Below are positions 50,301-61,000 of a DNA stretch of 64,000 nt, in pieces. Positions within the stretch are counted from its first letter, which is position 1; every line of letters begins with the position of its first letter. Source of the stretch: Lama guanicoe (lineage: Eukaryota); assembly GCA_013239625.1 (NCBI GenBank), contig MU054925.1:248001-312000 (forward strand), in the 5' to 3' direction. The notes under the pieces were generated by a model. That model saw only the letters and a list, made by a program, of their open reading frames with translations. It was not told where the DNA came from and made no database searches. Made by a program: the position numbers and the translations under genes.

Positions 50301-53300
50301 GAACTTCAGTGTGTGTATGGGTGCATGCTGTGTCCACCTCACCCTGGGTGCTGCGCACAGTGATGCGGTACTCGGTGGCACTGGGAACTGGGCTCCAGGA
50401 TACTCGCACCCGCTGCCCAGGCAGCTCAGTCGCCTGGAGGTCCGTCACTGGGCCCACAGGCATCTCTGACCCTGTTGGAGAGCACAGCGTGAGAGGCAGC
50501 CTGGGGTCCCTGTACCTTCCCCTCTCACTTGGCTGAGCCCCCAAAGCCCTCACCAGTGGGGACCACGGTTGCAGGCGTGGCCACCTCACGGCCCTCCAGC
50601 AGCGTGTAGAGAGTGAGGCGATATTCAGTGCCTGGCTGCAGCCCATCCAACTGGTAGCGGGTCACATCAGAGGGTAGTACCACCTTCTGTGGCACCTCCA
50701 AGCCTACGAGATGATAGGGTCAGGTCAGCTGAGGCCAGGCCCCAACCCTGCCTGGCCACCCCTCCCTCCTGCACTGACCACTCTCACGTCGCCACTCCAG
50801 CCGGTAGCCACGGGCCTCAGGCACCAAGTTCCAGGAAAGAAGGATGGATGTGGGGCCCAGGATGACTGCACGCAGGGTCTGCTCAACGGAAGTGTCTACC
50901 CAGGGTACAGGGGACTTCAGTGGCCTCTATGCCCTGCCTGTCTGCCCACCCAGCCTGAAGAAAGCACCCAGTCCTCTTACCAGTGCGGGCAGTCAGGGAG
51001 GTGGCAGGCCCCATGCTACGGCCAAGCAGGGCACTCACAGTCACCTCATAGTCTGTGCCAGGCTCCAGGTCACGCAGCAACACTGACCCCTGCCCAGGGC
51101 CCAGCTCCTGCTGCTGCGTGGCCCCACCTGCACAGGGGGTGGGCACAGAAGGATTAGTGGGTTTTGTAGACTCAGGAGCCTACAATCCTGTCTGTGGTAC
51201 AGGGACTCCCTTCAGCCCACATCTCTCACTCACCACTGAGGACCCGCCATGTCACACGGTAGCCAGTGGCACCTGGCACAGTCCGCCAGGTCACCAAGAG
51301 GCTGTGGGCTGTGGTGTTCTGGACGGTCAACTCCGGCCCCTCCAGGGCAGCTAGGGGAAGGTCCCATCAGGGATTAGTGAGCCCAGAGTGGGGACGGGTT
51401 ACTGGGACGGGTGGTTAGGTGAGTGGGGTCAGAAGTTAGCAGAATTGCTCACTGGTCCGAGCTGTCCCGCTCACGGCCTCCCCGATGCTGTTGGCGTAGA
51501 GGGCAGCCACAGTCACTTGGTACTCAGTCAGGGGCCGGAGACCCTGCAGCCGCACGTTGGTCTCACCAGCTGAGACGCTCACCTGCCCAGGATCAGAGGT
51601 CACTTCCCTTTGTCCAGCTAAGTCCCCAGTCCTCCACCTACCACTCCTGACAGCCTTACCTCCCGCCGCTCACTTGACACTGGCTGTCCCAGCCCTGTCA
51701 AAGGCGCATACTGGACCTTGTAGCCGGTCACAGGGCCACTAGCCGCTGTCCACTGTACTCTCAAGGACTGACTGCCTGGCTCAGACAGCACCAGGTCTCG
51801 TGGACCTGAGGTCAAGACTTCGGCTGGGAAAGGAGTCAATCAGTCAGTCAGGCAAGAGGACCAGGGATCAGCACTTATGGTGCAGCTTTAGGGGTCAAGG
51901 GTGAGGAGCACGAGGTCAGGCCAGCACTTCCAGGGCAGGGTCAGAGGAGAGCGCCTCTGGCTTGCTATCAGGAGTACATGGGATGGAATCAGCACTCCCA
52001 GGTTGGGGTTCAGGTCAAGGTCTAGGCCAGGGCACACAGGGTGGGCAGGAACTCACGGGGCAGGGTCACAGGCACACCACCAGCAGTCGTGCACACCCTC
52101 CGAGAAACGAGAGGCAATAGCGTCCTCAGGATGCTGAAATCGTTGACGAAGAAGAAGAAATCGCTGGTCGGCTGTGAGGCGATTCGCTTCAGCTCCTCGG
52201 GGTCAGCATTCTTGATCCCTGAGGTGATGCCCAGTCAGGACTCAGTTGCCCACATGCCTTCTGACTGGTCCCTGCCCCAACCGACCTGTCACTTCAGCTT
52301 GGTACTCACCCACAGCAAACAGCTTGATCCCCTGCCCCTTCAGCCTCTGGGCAGCAGTGTCCACCAGGTCCTGGGACTTCCCATCTGTGATGAGGATGCA
52401 GACCTGGAGCAGGTGCAGGGTCAATTCAGGGCTGCCTCAGACACAACTTGGGGATCACCTTGGGAGGCATGGTAGGGTGAGAGATCACCTTGGGGACACC
52501 AGGTCGAGCCAGCTGGGGCTGGAAGACATGGTCAGCCACGTGGAGAATCGCAGCCCCTGTGCGTGTGTTGCCTCCCTTGTAGCTGAGCTCACGGATGGCA
52601 CGGATCACGTCACTTCCTGAGCCAAGCGCATCCAGGCCAAACTCTGTCCTGTGGGGAGGAGGGTGGCAACAGGCTAGGGACAAGGACTTTTCTGGTCCTG
52701 GCCTCTAGGAGGCCTCTGGGGTGAGGGTTGTATCAGGCCCTCTTGAAGGTCCTCTTGGTTCTGTGATTCCTGTCCTCCACCTCTGAAGCCCCCAAGTTAA
52801 CAAACTCCCTAGGTGCCCCTCTGTGTCCTGCCTGTGGCTGGGCCTGGGCAGGCCTAGAGCCCTTGAGGCTCCCAGGCTCAGGGCCCAGGATGTCTGGTTA
52901 ATTAAATAATGGTAGGAGAAAGGGTCCCATTGTAGGGAGGTGGACACTGGCCAGACAGGGAGGCCCTCTGCTAAGTGAGAGGCTGAAGGGATCAGGAGGC
53001 TAAAACATGGAGAGTCCCGCAGAAACAGAGCATCTGAAGCCCCTGGGCTCCCCAGTAGCCTCTCCATCTCCAGATCAGAAAACATAGCCCCCGTCTTTGG
53101 CACAGCACTAGTCTAAAGAGGTCTCAGATATGAGGGCTCTACTTAGGAGATTCCTGCTTCTGTCTTAAGAGGAGGTCCTGCCTGGAGTGGGTGGGGGTGG
53201 GCCTCTGGGTTCCCCAGATAGACTAGGGGTTTTTGGACTCTGCTTCTGTCTGAAGGAGGGGTCCTGGTGAGATCCCTGGCTCCCTAGCTCTGGGAATCCA

Positions 53301-54038
53301 CTCACCGTGGGTCATCGCTGTACTGCACGGCAGCAAAGCGCACACCCTGTGCACCGGCTGCCCCAGAGAAGGGCAGCACCAGCCCCTCAAGGAAAGCGCG
53401 CACTTCACGGAAGTTGCTGCGACCGATGGATGAGGAGCCATCGAGTAGGAACACGATGTCAGCAGCATAAAGGCTCGTGCAGGTCACTGGGGCAGGGAAA
53501 AGCAATCACGATTTCTTCTTGGAGCCCACTCACCCACTCCCCTCACTGTGGTCCCCTGGGGCTGGGGAGAGGAGAGTAGGCTTCATCTGCTCTGCAAAAC
53601 AGCCCAGGCTGGCTTGGGCCTGAGAGCCCTGGAGGGAGCTGAGGTGGAGCTCAGAGGCAACTCTCCCGCGGAGCGGAGGACTGGTGGGGAGGAAGAGTCG
53701 CGGTGCAGGTGTGGGTCTGGGGATCTGGGACTGAGGCTGGCCTCAGGGGACAGCGTGGACTCACATAGGGGACTCACGCATAACTGGATACAGTTTGGGA
53801 GATGCAGCAGGGTTTAGGGAGTCCCAGGAGAGTCAGGAGAAATACACACAGGGTCGCAGAGGGGTGGGGAGCAGGATCCAGGATGAAGGGGGAATAGAGC
53901 TGTGGGTGACAGGGGGCAGTGCCTTGGATGAGGTCCTTCCCTGCCCTGCTCACCTCTCTCTCGGTGCTGGGCCCGCACTCGGGGCGCCCTTGCCAAGATT
54001 CCGGCGCAGAGCGCAGCCACCAGGAGCCGCAGCCTCAT
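24560..54038 (-). CDS. COL7A1: Collagen type VII alpha-1 chain, complete gene, 118 exons, ~8808-nt CDS (~2935 aa)
   Basis: Starts [15 protein letters not shown]; vWA ([13 protein letters not shown]), nine FN3 repeats, second vWA, interrupted Gly-X-Y domain, acidic NC2 and Kunitz domain; ends SQGTGAARS*. I located splice sites for every exon by hand and found no frameshift. Confidence 0.98.
26483..35191 (-). CDS. COL7A1: COL7A1 exons 73-112: C-terminal half of the triple helix
   Basis: Exons 34991-35191, 34858-34893, 34726-34779, 34473-34541, 34352-34396, 34176-34238, 33983-34027, 33596-33631, 33442-33477, 33257-33301, 33006-33038, 32864-32926, 32741-32776, 32576-32656, 32383-32451, 32204-32239, 32086-32127, 31885-31929, 31759-31803, 31437-31472, 31294-31353, 31045-31152, 30799-30870, 30632-30667, 30412-30471, 30246-30290, 29977-30012, 29830-29865, 29694-29750, 29475-29546, 28868-28939 (GC donor), 28588-28623, 28205-28285, 27915-27968, 27773-27826, 27636-27698, 27119-27181, 26898-27014, 26634-26711, 26483-26536. 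Confidence 0.94.
35271..44691 (-). CDS. COL7A1: COL7A1 exons 29-72: N-terminal half of the triple helix and the central hinge
   Basis: Phase-0 Gly-X-Y exons 44665-44691, 44525-44569, 44389-44451, 43895-43966, 43767-43802, 43590-43625, 43284-43355, 43097-43174, 42814-42840, 42683-42733, 42479-42541, 42331-42390, 42179-42214, 41935-41979, 41820-41855, 41423-41467, 41304-41339, 41141-41173, 40758-40790 (GC donor), 40545-40598, 40409-40468, 40284-40319, 40106-40186, 39970-40005, 39727-39771, 39450-39521, 39167-39211, 38891-38917, 38655-38684, 38443-38523, 38332-38367, 38222-38257, 38053-38133, 37585-37620, 37131-37193, 37002-37046, 36622-36657, 36514-36549, 36306-36401, 36167-36202, 36044-36079, 35892-35939, 35524-35559, 35271-35393. 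Confidence 0.94.
37568..37643 (-). ncRNA. MIR711: miR-711 hairpin orthologue spanning COL7A1 exon 62 and both of its splice sites
   Basis: Minus strand CCTGACTTTGAGTCTCTCCTCAG|GGTGCTACGGGCAAGGCCGGGGACCCAGGGAGAGAC|GTAAGTAAGGGGAGAT. Positions 37601-37580 read GGGACCCAGGGAGAGACGUAAG, identical to mature hsa-miR-711 as I recall it. GUCUCUCC pairs with GGAGAGAC. Confidence 0.65.
37803..37971 (+). mobile_element. Second Vic-1-like tRNA-derived SINE, in COL7A1 intron 61 (antisense to the gene)
   Basis: GGGAGGAGGGTACAGCTCAAATGGTAGAGC...GGTTCAATCCCC...TAAACCTAATTACC plus A-rich tail; same family as the copy at 5635. Confidence 0.88.
44776..54038 (-). CDS. COL7A1: COL7A1 exons 1-28: signal peptide and NC1 (vWA1, 9x FN3, vWA2, Cys/Pro linker)
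   Basis: Exons 53954-54038, 53306-53486, 52489-52648, 52310-52403, 52057-52218, 51660-51823, 51453-51582, 51234-51350, 50981-51127, 50779-50895, 50554-50703, 50343-50471, 49566-49709, 49355-49480, 49103-49246, 48412-48531, 48110-48253, 47619-47744, 47372-47518, 46990-47112, 46626-46772, 46275-46409, 46043-46189, 45825-45961, 45415-45541, 45183-45329, 44923-45095, 44776-44811. Confidence 0.95.
49741..50050. repeat. Degenerate ~32-33-bp tandem repeat in COL7A1 intron 12
   Basis: CAGTG anchors at 49743, 49775, 49808, (49836), 49869, 49901, 49934 and 49970. Confidence 0.6.
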
Positions 54039-54039
54039 C

Positions 54040-54560
54040 CTAGGTGAGGGAAACAGTCAGCCAGGACTCCCGCCTCTCCCTCAGACTTGGTGGGGTCAAG
54101 CCCAGTGCTCTCCCAACCCCCCAGTCTCGGTCTTGCCTGCTGATCCGCTGGCTCCCGCTGCCGTAGTCCCGCCGCCACAGCAGAGAAAAGTCCCTGATCC
54201 CTTGGGGGCGGAGCAGCGGGCGGGGACCCAGGCGGCCCACCCCCACCCCTCACCCCGTCCCAAAGGTTGCCGCCCCTGCCACCCCTCCCAGGAACAGATG
54301 ATTTGATTCCACTTAAGTGTAAAGTATCCCCAACTCCTGCGGTTTCTGGGATTCCCCAGGAAGGTTCTCTACAGATAGATGATGAGAGAGCCCTTTCCAA
54401 CCCCTTCTAGGGTCAGAGAACTTAGTTGCTGTAGGTCATAGACTAGGAGTGACTGCTGGGGACTAGACTTTGGATAGGTTCCAGGGGATCAAAGATGTAG
54501 CACGATGTCGGTGGGGGGAAGCTGCAGCTGGAGATGACTCACCTCCCCCCCCCAACACCC
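54040..54560 (-). promoter_or_regulatory. COL7A1 5' UTR and TATA-less promoter
   Basis: GC/CpG-rich 54130-54290 with GGGGCGG and CACCC boxes; NF-kB consensus GGGATTCCCC at 54348-54357; AP-1 TGACTCA at 54535-54541. Confidence 0.7.
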
Positions 54561-55810
54561 CCCACCACTCTGTGCCCAGAGCAGCCCTCAGGCCATAAGT
54601 CCCGCCGGGCCTCTCCTGTGATTCAGCCATCCCTGTCTGTTGGTTCTCCTGTGTCTCATCCCAGTCCCCTCAATGGGCCTAACAGTCCCCAGCAAATGAG
54701 GGGCTCTGGGCTCATCCAGGGAGAGCAAGGCACCACTGGGCTGCATCCAAGTAATGCCCATTCCCACTCTGGAAGAGGAAGCCAGGAGGAGAGAATCTGT
54801 GTCATGCTTATGCATACTTGTCCATCTCAGTGTCCGGCACCCCCTACTCTGCCCTGAATCAGCTCCAGGCGGATGCCATCCAGCTGTGCTTGCAGGGAGG
54901 GGTTATCCACGTGTGGAGAGTAGACCACCCACAGTGACAGCTCATCTCTCAGGAATCCACCCCTTCCTGTCTGCACCCCCATGGGTGAGCCTGTCCTGCT
55001 CCAGACAGGCCCCCCTACCTACACATCCTCATTCTGGTCCTCCAGTCTCCTCCTTCAACCTACTCTTCTTAAAGACTCCCTTCCACCTATCATCTTCATC
55101 CTGAGCCCTTCCCTTCCCTCCTAGCTGCCCTCACAGTCCACCTGAGCTTCCACCTTCATAACCTTTAACCAGCCTGACTTCACACCTGTCTCCCTCAGCT
55201 TGCTTCTGATTACGGACAGTCCCCTCAACAAATCCCCAGGCCAGTGACACTATCCTGAGTAGGTCAGTCTTTGTATAGACATATGCGTTCATTATAGGGG
55301 TTGATACTAAAGCACAGAGACACTCCCAAGAGCATGGCGCCCATTCTTTCTTTCTGCCACTCCTGGATTAACTCTGGGAAGCCCGGAGAATAAATACATC
55401 TACCTTCACCACTGCCACCAGGCCCCTTCCAACATGCCTAACCCCTCTGCCTCCCCTGGGGCCCCACAGGCTAATGAGGGAGAAATGGGGATGGTATCTG
55501 TTAAACTTGTCTCCCCTAGACTCCTCCAGGGACTGAGATCTCCGACTTATGGCCAGAGTTGGGGTCAGTGATGACCATCCATGCTTCCTTGTCATTATCC
55601 AGAAGGCTGGAGCCACAGGAACAGCCCCAGGTTATCATGGGATACAGCACTGTGATCCATAGGGCCCAGAACCTTTGTCCAAGGTCAAGGGCTCCTCAGG
55701 CATGTCCCAGGAATCCCTCACCCCTTGAAGGTGTCCTACAGGTGAGGGCTGCAGAGACCAGACAAGCCCTCTTAACAGAGGCAGCCTGAGAGCTAGCATA
55801 TGCAGCGTGG

Positions 55811-55832
55811 ACACACACACACACACACACAC
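55811..55832. repeat. (AC)11 microsatellite upstream of COL7A1
   Basis: Perfect dinucleotide run. Confidence 0.9.
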
Positions 55833-57892
55833 GTTCGGGTTCAGTCTTTAGGGGAGACTGGAGGCCAGCTGAGGTGTTCAGGCAAACTTCATCAGAGCCA
55901 CAAGGGGCCCCAGAAAGAAAGGAAGGGCTGCCTGCCTTGGCGGGGGGGTCACTCGAAGAGTACTAGGAGAGGCTACTGGAGGTAGAAGCAGGGTTGACTG
56001 CATGTCTGGAGCTCCCGGGAGGCTCACAAGCAGGGCCGTGGTCCTCTGAGGCTCCCAATTACAGCCTCCTGGCAGGCACACAGCCTAGGACTCAGCCCCC
56101 TCCATTAGGGCAGTGGGGCCCTGAGCTTAGTCTTTCTCCCTCCCACACTCCCCTGCACATTTTTCTGGCTTCAGTCACTCCCTCTGCCAGATAGCACCAT
56201 GTGTCACCAACTGGGGTCTCTTTTGGGGATTCCAGACCCACACATCCCACTGTCCCAGACATCTCCAAATTTCTCAGAACTGTGGCCAAAGCTGGGCAAG
56301 TCTTCATCCTCCAACCTACCCACCCTGCCCCATGGTACCCTAGTCCTGCTGGGGATGTGGTCTTGCTCGGGTCCCTCGAAGCCTACTCCAGCTCTTCCTA
56401 CAGCCTTGACAACTGCCCTGCTACAGCACAATTCACTGGGACATCACAGAAATACACACCGAGTTCCCATGCTAAATCTCAGCTTACCAAATCACTTCTC
56501 TTCCCAGTTATCTCTAGTGCACCCACCCCAACATGCTTCCAGAGTAAAGATCAAATTCTTGGTCTAGGTATGCAAGGTCTATTAGGACCAGATCACCCCC
56601 AAGAGGTCAAGTGCTCTGTATCCAGCACACCTGTAGCCTTTAAGGGTCAGTCCTGGGCTTAACAGAAAAATCAAGCCCTGTCCTCCAGCTCAAACTTGAA
56701 CTTGGGACAACAGACTTGGCACTTTGCTGTTCCCTCAGCCTGCATGTACTATCTCTACAAGCACCCAGGGGTGGGCCAGTCAGGGTTCTGCACTGTCCAG
56801 CAGCTTCTCTCCAGCTGGTCATAAAGTAGGCAGATGACCTGAGTCCCAGAGCCCTGGGTTCTAGAAAGCACTCGACGGTTATTTCCTAATTGACAACCTG
56901 CGGCAACAAACGGGTGAAGGAAAAGCACTGGAGTGGGGTGGGAGTGAATCAAAGGTTGTTTTGGCTACTGCAAGGCTGGGATGCTAACGGACTTCTGGGT
57001 AGCCCTCTTCCCAACAAACCTTATCCCAGAACCCTGTTCATGACCGTCAGCAGCACCTCCATGTTAGGTGAATCGGGCCCCAGACTTCCAATCCCCCCGG
57101 GCTTCCCAGGGACTGTGGAAGGGTTGAGGGGTGCAGGAAGAGGGGCCTACCTGCCCATCTGCCTTGGGGACCAGAACCCAAAGGTGGCAGGGGCACTAGA
57201 CAGCTGAGAGCTCCACCAGGTCCTGGCTGCCTCAGGGAGATGGGCCAGCAGCTCAGGACTTGTCTGGGACAGACTTAGTCAAGGGAGGGGGCTCAGGCCC
57301 CACTGAGCTCAGAGATATTCTTGGAGCCTGAGTCAGCGGCAAATCGAGGCAAAGGATTCTTGCCTTGCCTGTCTAGGCAGCAGTTAAAAACCAAATGGGA
57401 ACACTATGCCCCAGGCTATCCTCCCAGAATCCAGAGTAAATATATGAAGGAGTCTTCCTCAGGGACAGTCCTTGGCCTCTCTTGGTCCATCTGGGGGACC
57501 AGAAACCACCAGAGGGTGACTGCACAGGACCCACAGCAAGGGGGCTTCCTACCTGAACCCCCTGAGTTCCCAGGCTGGGACCTATACCAGGGCAAAGGTC
57601 CCATGCAGTTCTCATGGACTCCCACACCCCACTCTTGGGACAGACTGGCTAGGAGCATCCGCCATGTGGCTAAGTGGAAACAGCTGGCCTCAGCTGCCTG
57701 CAGGCATCAAAGGCTTCCGGCCTCCATGCAGCAGCCCCCACTCTTGCCCCTGGCTGAGGACACATCAGCCTGTGGGAAAGAGGAAGGATCCAGGAGACAC
57801 AGAACGGGGAGAAGTCCCTGCTCCCCCATCCAGTGTCCAGTGGACTCTATGCCAACGCCAAGAGAGGGATAACGCAGTTCTCAACACAGGAC

Positions 57893-57898
57893 TTTATT
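57893..57898 (-). terminator. UQCRC1 polyadenylation signal AATAAA
   Basis: About 110 nt after the TAG stop. Confidence 0.9.
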
Positions 57899-58005
57899 GG
57901 TGGTAATCCGCAGCACAGGTCTGGAGAGCCGAGGTGGTATGTTTGTTGTGGGGAGGGGGAACCGCGAACCCTGGCCCCGCCCTCTTGCCTGCACAGGCCT
58001 CCTGC

Positions 58006-61000
58006 CTAGAAGCGCAGCCAGAACATGCCGCTACGGATCCGGTTATAGTCTGGAAGCTGCTCAATGGGGCCTGTGGGGATAGGGTGGGGCGTCAGGGTGG
58101 GGTACCCGGCTTATACAGGGACACCTGGCCCTGCGCCGCACCCCATTCAGAGCTGCCCAGAGCAGCACAAGACAGGCTTTGAGTGGAGAGAAGGAAGAGA
58201 ACATTCCTTCAGGGGTTGCTGAGCCTGTCCCTTCATGCTCTAACCTTTGGAGCCCCACCCCACACGCAGGGGTGTCCGTTACCTGGCGGGTGTAGGGTAT
58301 TGATGGAGGCACCTTGGCAGGGAGTCAGGGAGCTGCTGGGACAGGTTTTCGGAGCAAGTACTCCCAGGCAGCCAAGCTATCGGGCAGAGCCTCCTGGGGG
58401 CCTCAACCTGCTGCTCCCAGGGTAAGCTGGGGGATGGGCAGCAGAGGCAGAGGGGAGGCCACGACAATGGAATAAGAACAAAGAGCAGACCTTCTAAGCT
58501 ACTCACCCAATCCAGCCACTGCTGGACACTGATCATAGAAGTACTTAGAGCAGACCTCACGCACCACACTGGCATTCACCTCCTGCAGGATGAAGCAGAG
58601 GTCACACTCAGTGATAGGCACTGGAGACCACTTCAGCCAGTCAACAGTACCCAGCCAGCTGAGGTCTTACACAAGTACCCCTCACCCAAAAGGGGAAAGC
58701 AGAAGGGCTCTCCCTACTATGTAGACCTCCATGGGCCTCACCCACCTCCATAGCCATCAGTGCCTCTGCCCTGCCCTCCAATTACGTCACCCTGGCAGCA
58801 ACACTGCCTAGGACGCCAGGAGTGCCTTAGCAGCAGTCTGCACTGCCACAACTTCCCGTCCTCTGGGAGTCTGCCAGATTGAGACTCCAGAACCTCTCCC
58901 AGGGGCCTGCGTTACCGCAATCCGGCTTTCCCACTCAGCCAGGGGGATGCGACGGCCGTACGTCAGAAGACTCCGTCCAATGTCCTCACACACAGGAGTG
59001 GTACCTGCGGGGCGGGGCAGGGAAGCTTATGGGTCCACACGGTCCAGTCCTGGACCACAGGTACACAAAGAACCTTCAGTTTCAGGATAGCCTGGACCTT
59101 GGTCTGATCCTAGATCACAACGCTCACTTGTACAACAACCGGTCATTGTACCAGTGGGCTGTTGATCTGGCCACCCACACCTGCACCTGAAGCCCTAAGC
59201 CCCTGAGGGAGGGTAAGTGGTGGGATATGGCATGACCTTTAAAGTTTTCCCTTCCAGTATTGGTTAGGAATGGTGGCCACATTGGGACTGTCACTGCCAG
59301 GATGCACTCCACCCCTTGCCACAGGGCTGGAGGACTCACCATCCAAATGAGATACCAGGGCATTTCTGAGGATGTTTTTGCCTCGGACCACCTCACTCTC
59401 TGTGGCACTGGTGCACAGGCGCATCCTACAGCAGGGGTAGGGTGGGATCGTTCTGAGGCAGTGCTGCCTCCGAGCCTCCACTGTCCTGCTCAAAGGCCCC
59501 TATCCCCAACCTGCAATGCCAGGCTACCACTCACCACTGGCCCTGCAGGAAGAATACCATGTCATCGATGCTCATGTGGTCACAGACAAAGTGTGCGCCC
59601 AGCAGCCCAGTCTCTGCGTAGCAAATGTTGAAAGTCTGGAAACTCTGGCATAGCTTATTGGTCGCGACAACTGCAGCCAGTGGGCTGGACAGGTGCTGCC
59701 AGGAGCAAAGGTGGTCAGCACCCACCTCCACTCTGTGGCCCACACCCTGAGCCCCACAGTACAAGTGCCCACAGCCCAGCTCACTCTCTTCCCTGAAGGC
59801 AAGGCCCGTCCCATGCCCACTCGTGGCACTCACTGTACTGCCGCCGTAAGTGCAGTCGTAATGGCCGATGATGGCATTGGCCACCTGGAGGGCCACGTTG
59901 TCCGGGTTGGTCCAGCCAGGCCCCTCCACTGCAACGGCCACATGGGCCAAAGGCAGGGCATCATCACGGTGGCGGATCTGAAACAGGACATGGAAAGGCT
60001 GAGGGACAGCCAAACTTCCCAGGTAACCAGCAAAGGTGCCAAGTGTGGGTGGAGAGTGTACATGCAAGTGTGAACATATGTGCCCATGAGGCAGTGGCCA
60101 CAGGACTCCTTCCCAACTCCCGAGGCATCTCCGAGGTCGTGGAGATGGCCATGCATGCGAGAGTTCCCCCGCCCTGAGGCCCAGGCTGAGAGTACCACCC
60201 CCACCCGTCAGGCAGCTCACCTCACTGCCAGTGAAGCGGCATGGAGAGAGGGTAGGCACGGCGTCCTCTGTGTATGTCCCAGACAGGCTGCCCAAGTGCT
60301 TCTGGGCAAGGTCCAGCAGCTGCCGGTGCTCCACCCCTGCAGACAGACAGCAGTGTTACCGGCCAGCCAGGGCCCACGGCACAGGGTCGGGGGAACCACG
60401 GGAATCGCACAAGGGGAGGACCTTGTGTCCTGTCTCAGCAGCAGACAGCAAAGAAAGATGTGACATCAGGATAAGGTGAGGAAAGAGGACCCTCCACAGA
60501 CACACGGTGTCTCATGACAGGGCAGGCACCTCACGGTCAAACAGCCGCCATGACTTCAGTCACAGGGAAGCAGCAGCAGCGTGCACAGCTTAAAAACAGG
60601 TTCCCAGGTGATGCATTCTCACCAGCATCACAGACAAGACTGGTGCTCCCTGAGCGTAAGGGACCTGCCCTGCCTTGTCCCTCTAGCCCTTCCTCAAGCA
60701 CATCCTGGCTGCTGCCCCCGTGGAGGGTGGCAGGTAAGAGGGCACAAAGAGGTGCTCCGCAGGGCCACGACTAGCTCTGGGGTCCCCTAGAGTCGGGGAC
60801 ACTTCCCAGTAGCCTTATGAACCCGTGTTTCAGGACCCCTGCCTGACCTCACCTCTGCAGGAGGTAGCCTCTGCTGCCCCAGCACTTGGACGGCAGGCGC
60901 TGCAGCAGTCAGCAGCCTTCCCCAGGGACCGCAGGCCAGGTGCCTCTGCCTCTTGTTCTTTCCTTCCTGACCTCAGATTCTGCTGGACTTCACAAAGTCT

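Noticed and set aside
55300-57800. Possible hidden gene or p63/AP-1 enhancer between UQCRC1 and COL7A1 (ORFs of 153 and 183 aa, CATG half-sites)
   Set aside because: The ORFs show no homology or exon structure, and isolated half-sites are expected by chance. I cannot support it from sequence alone.
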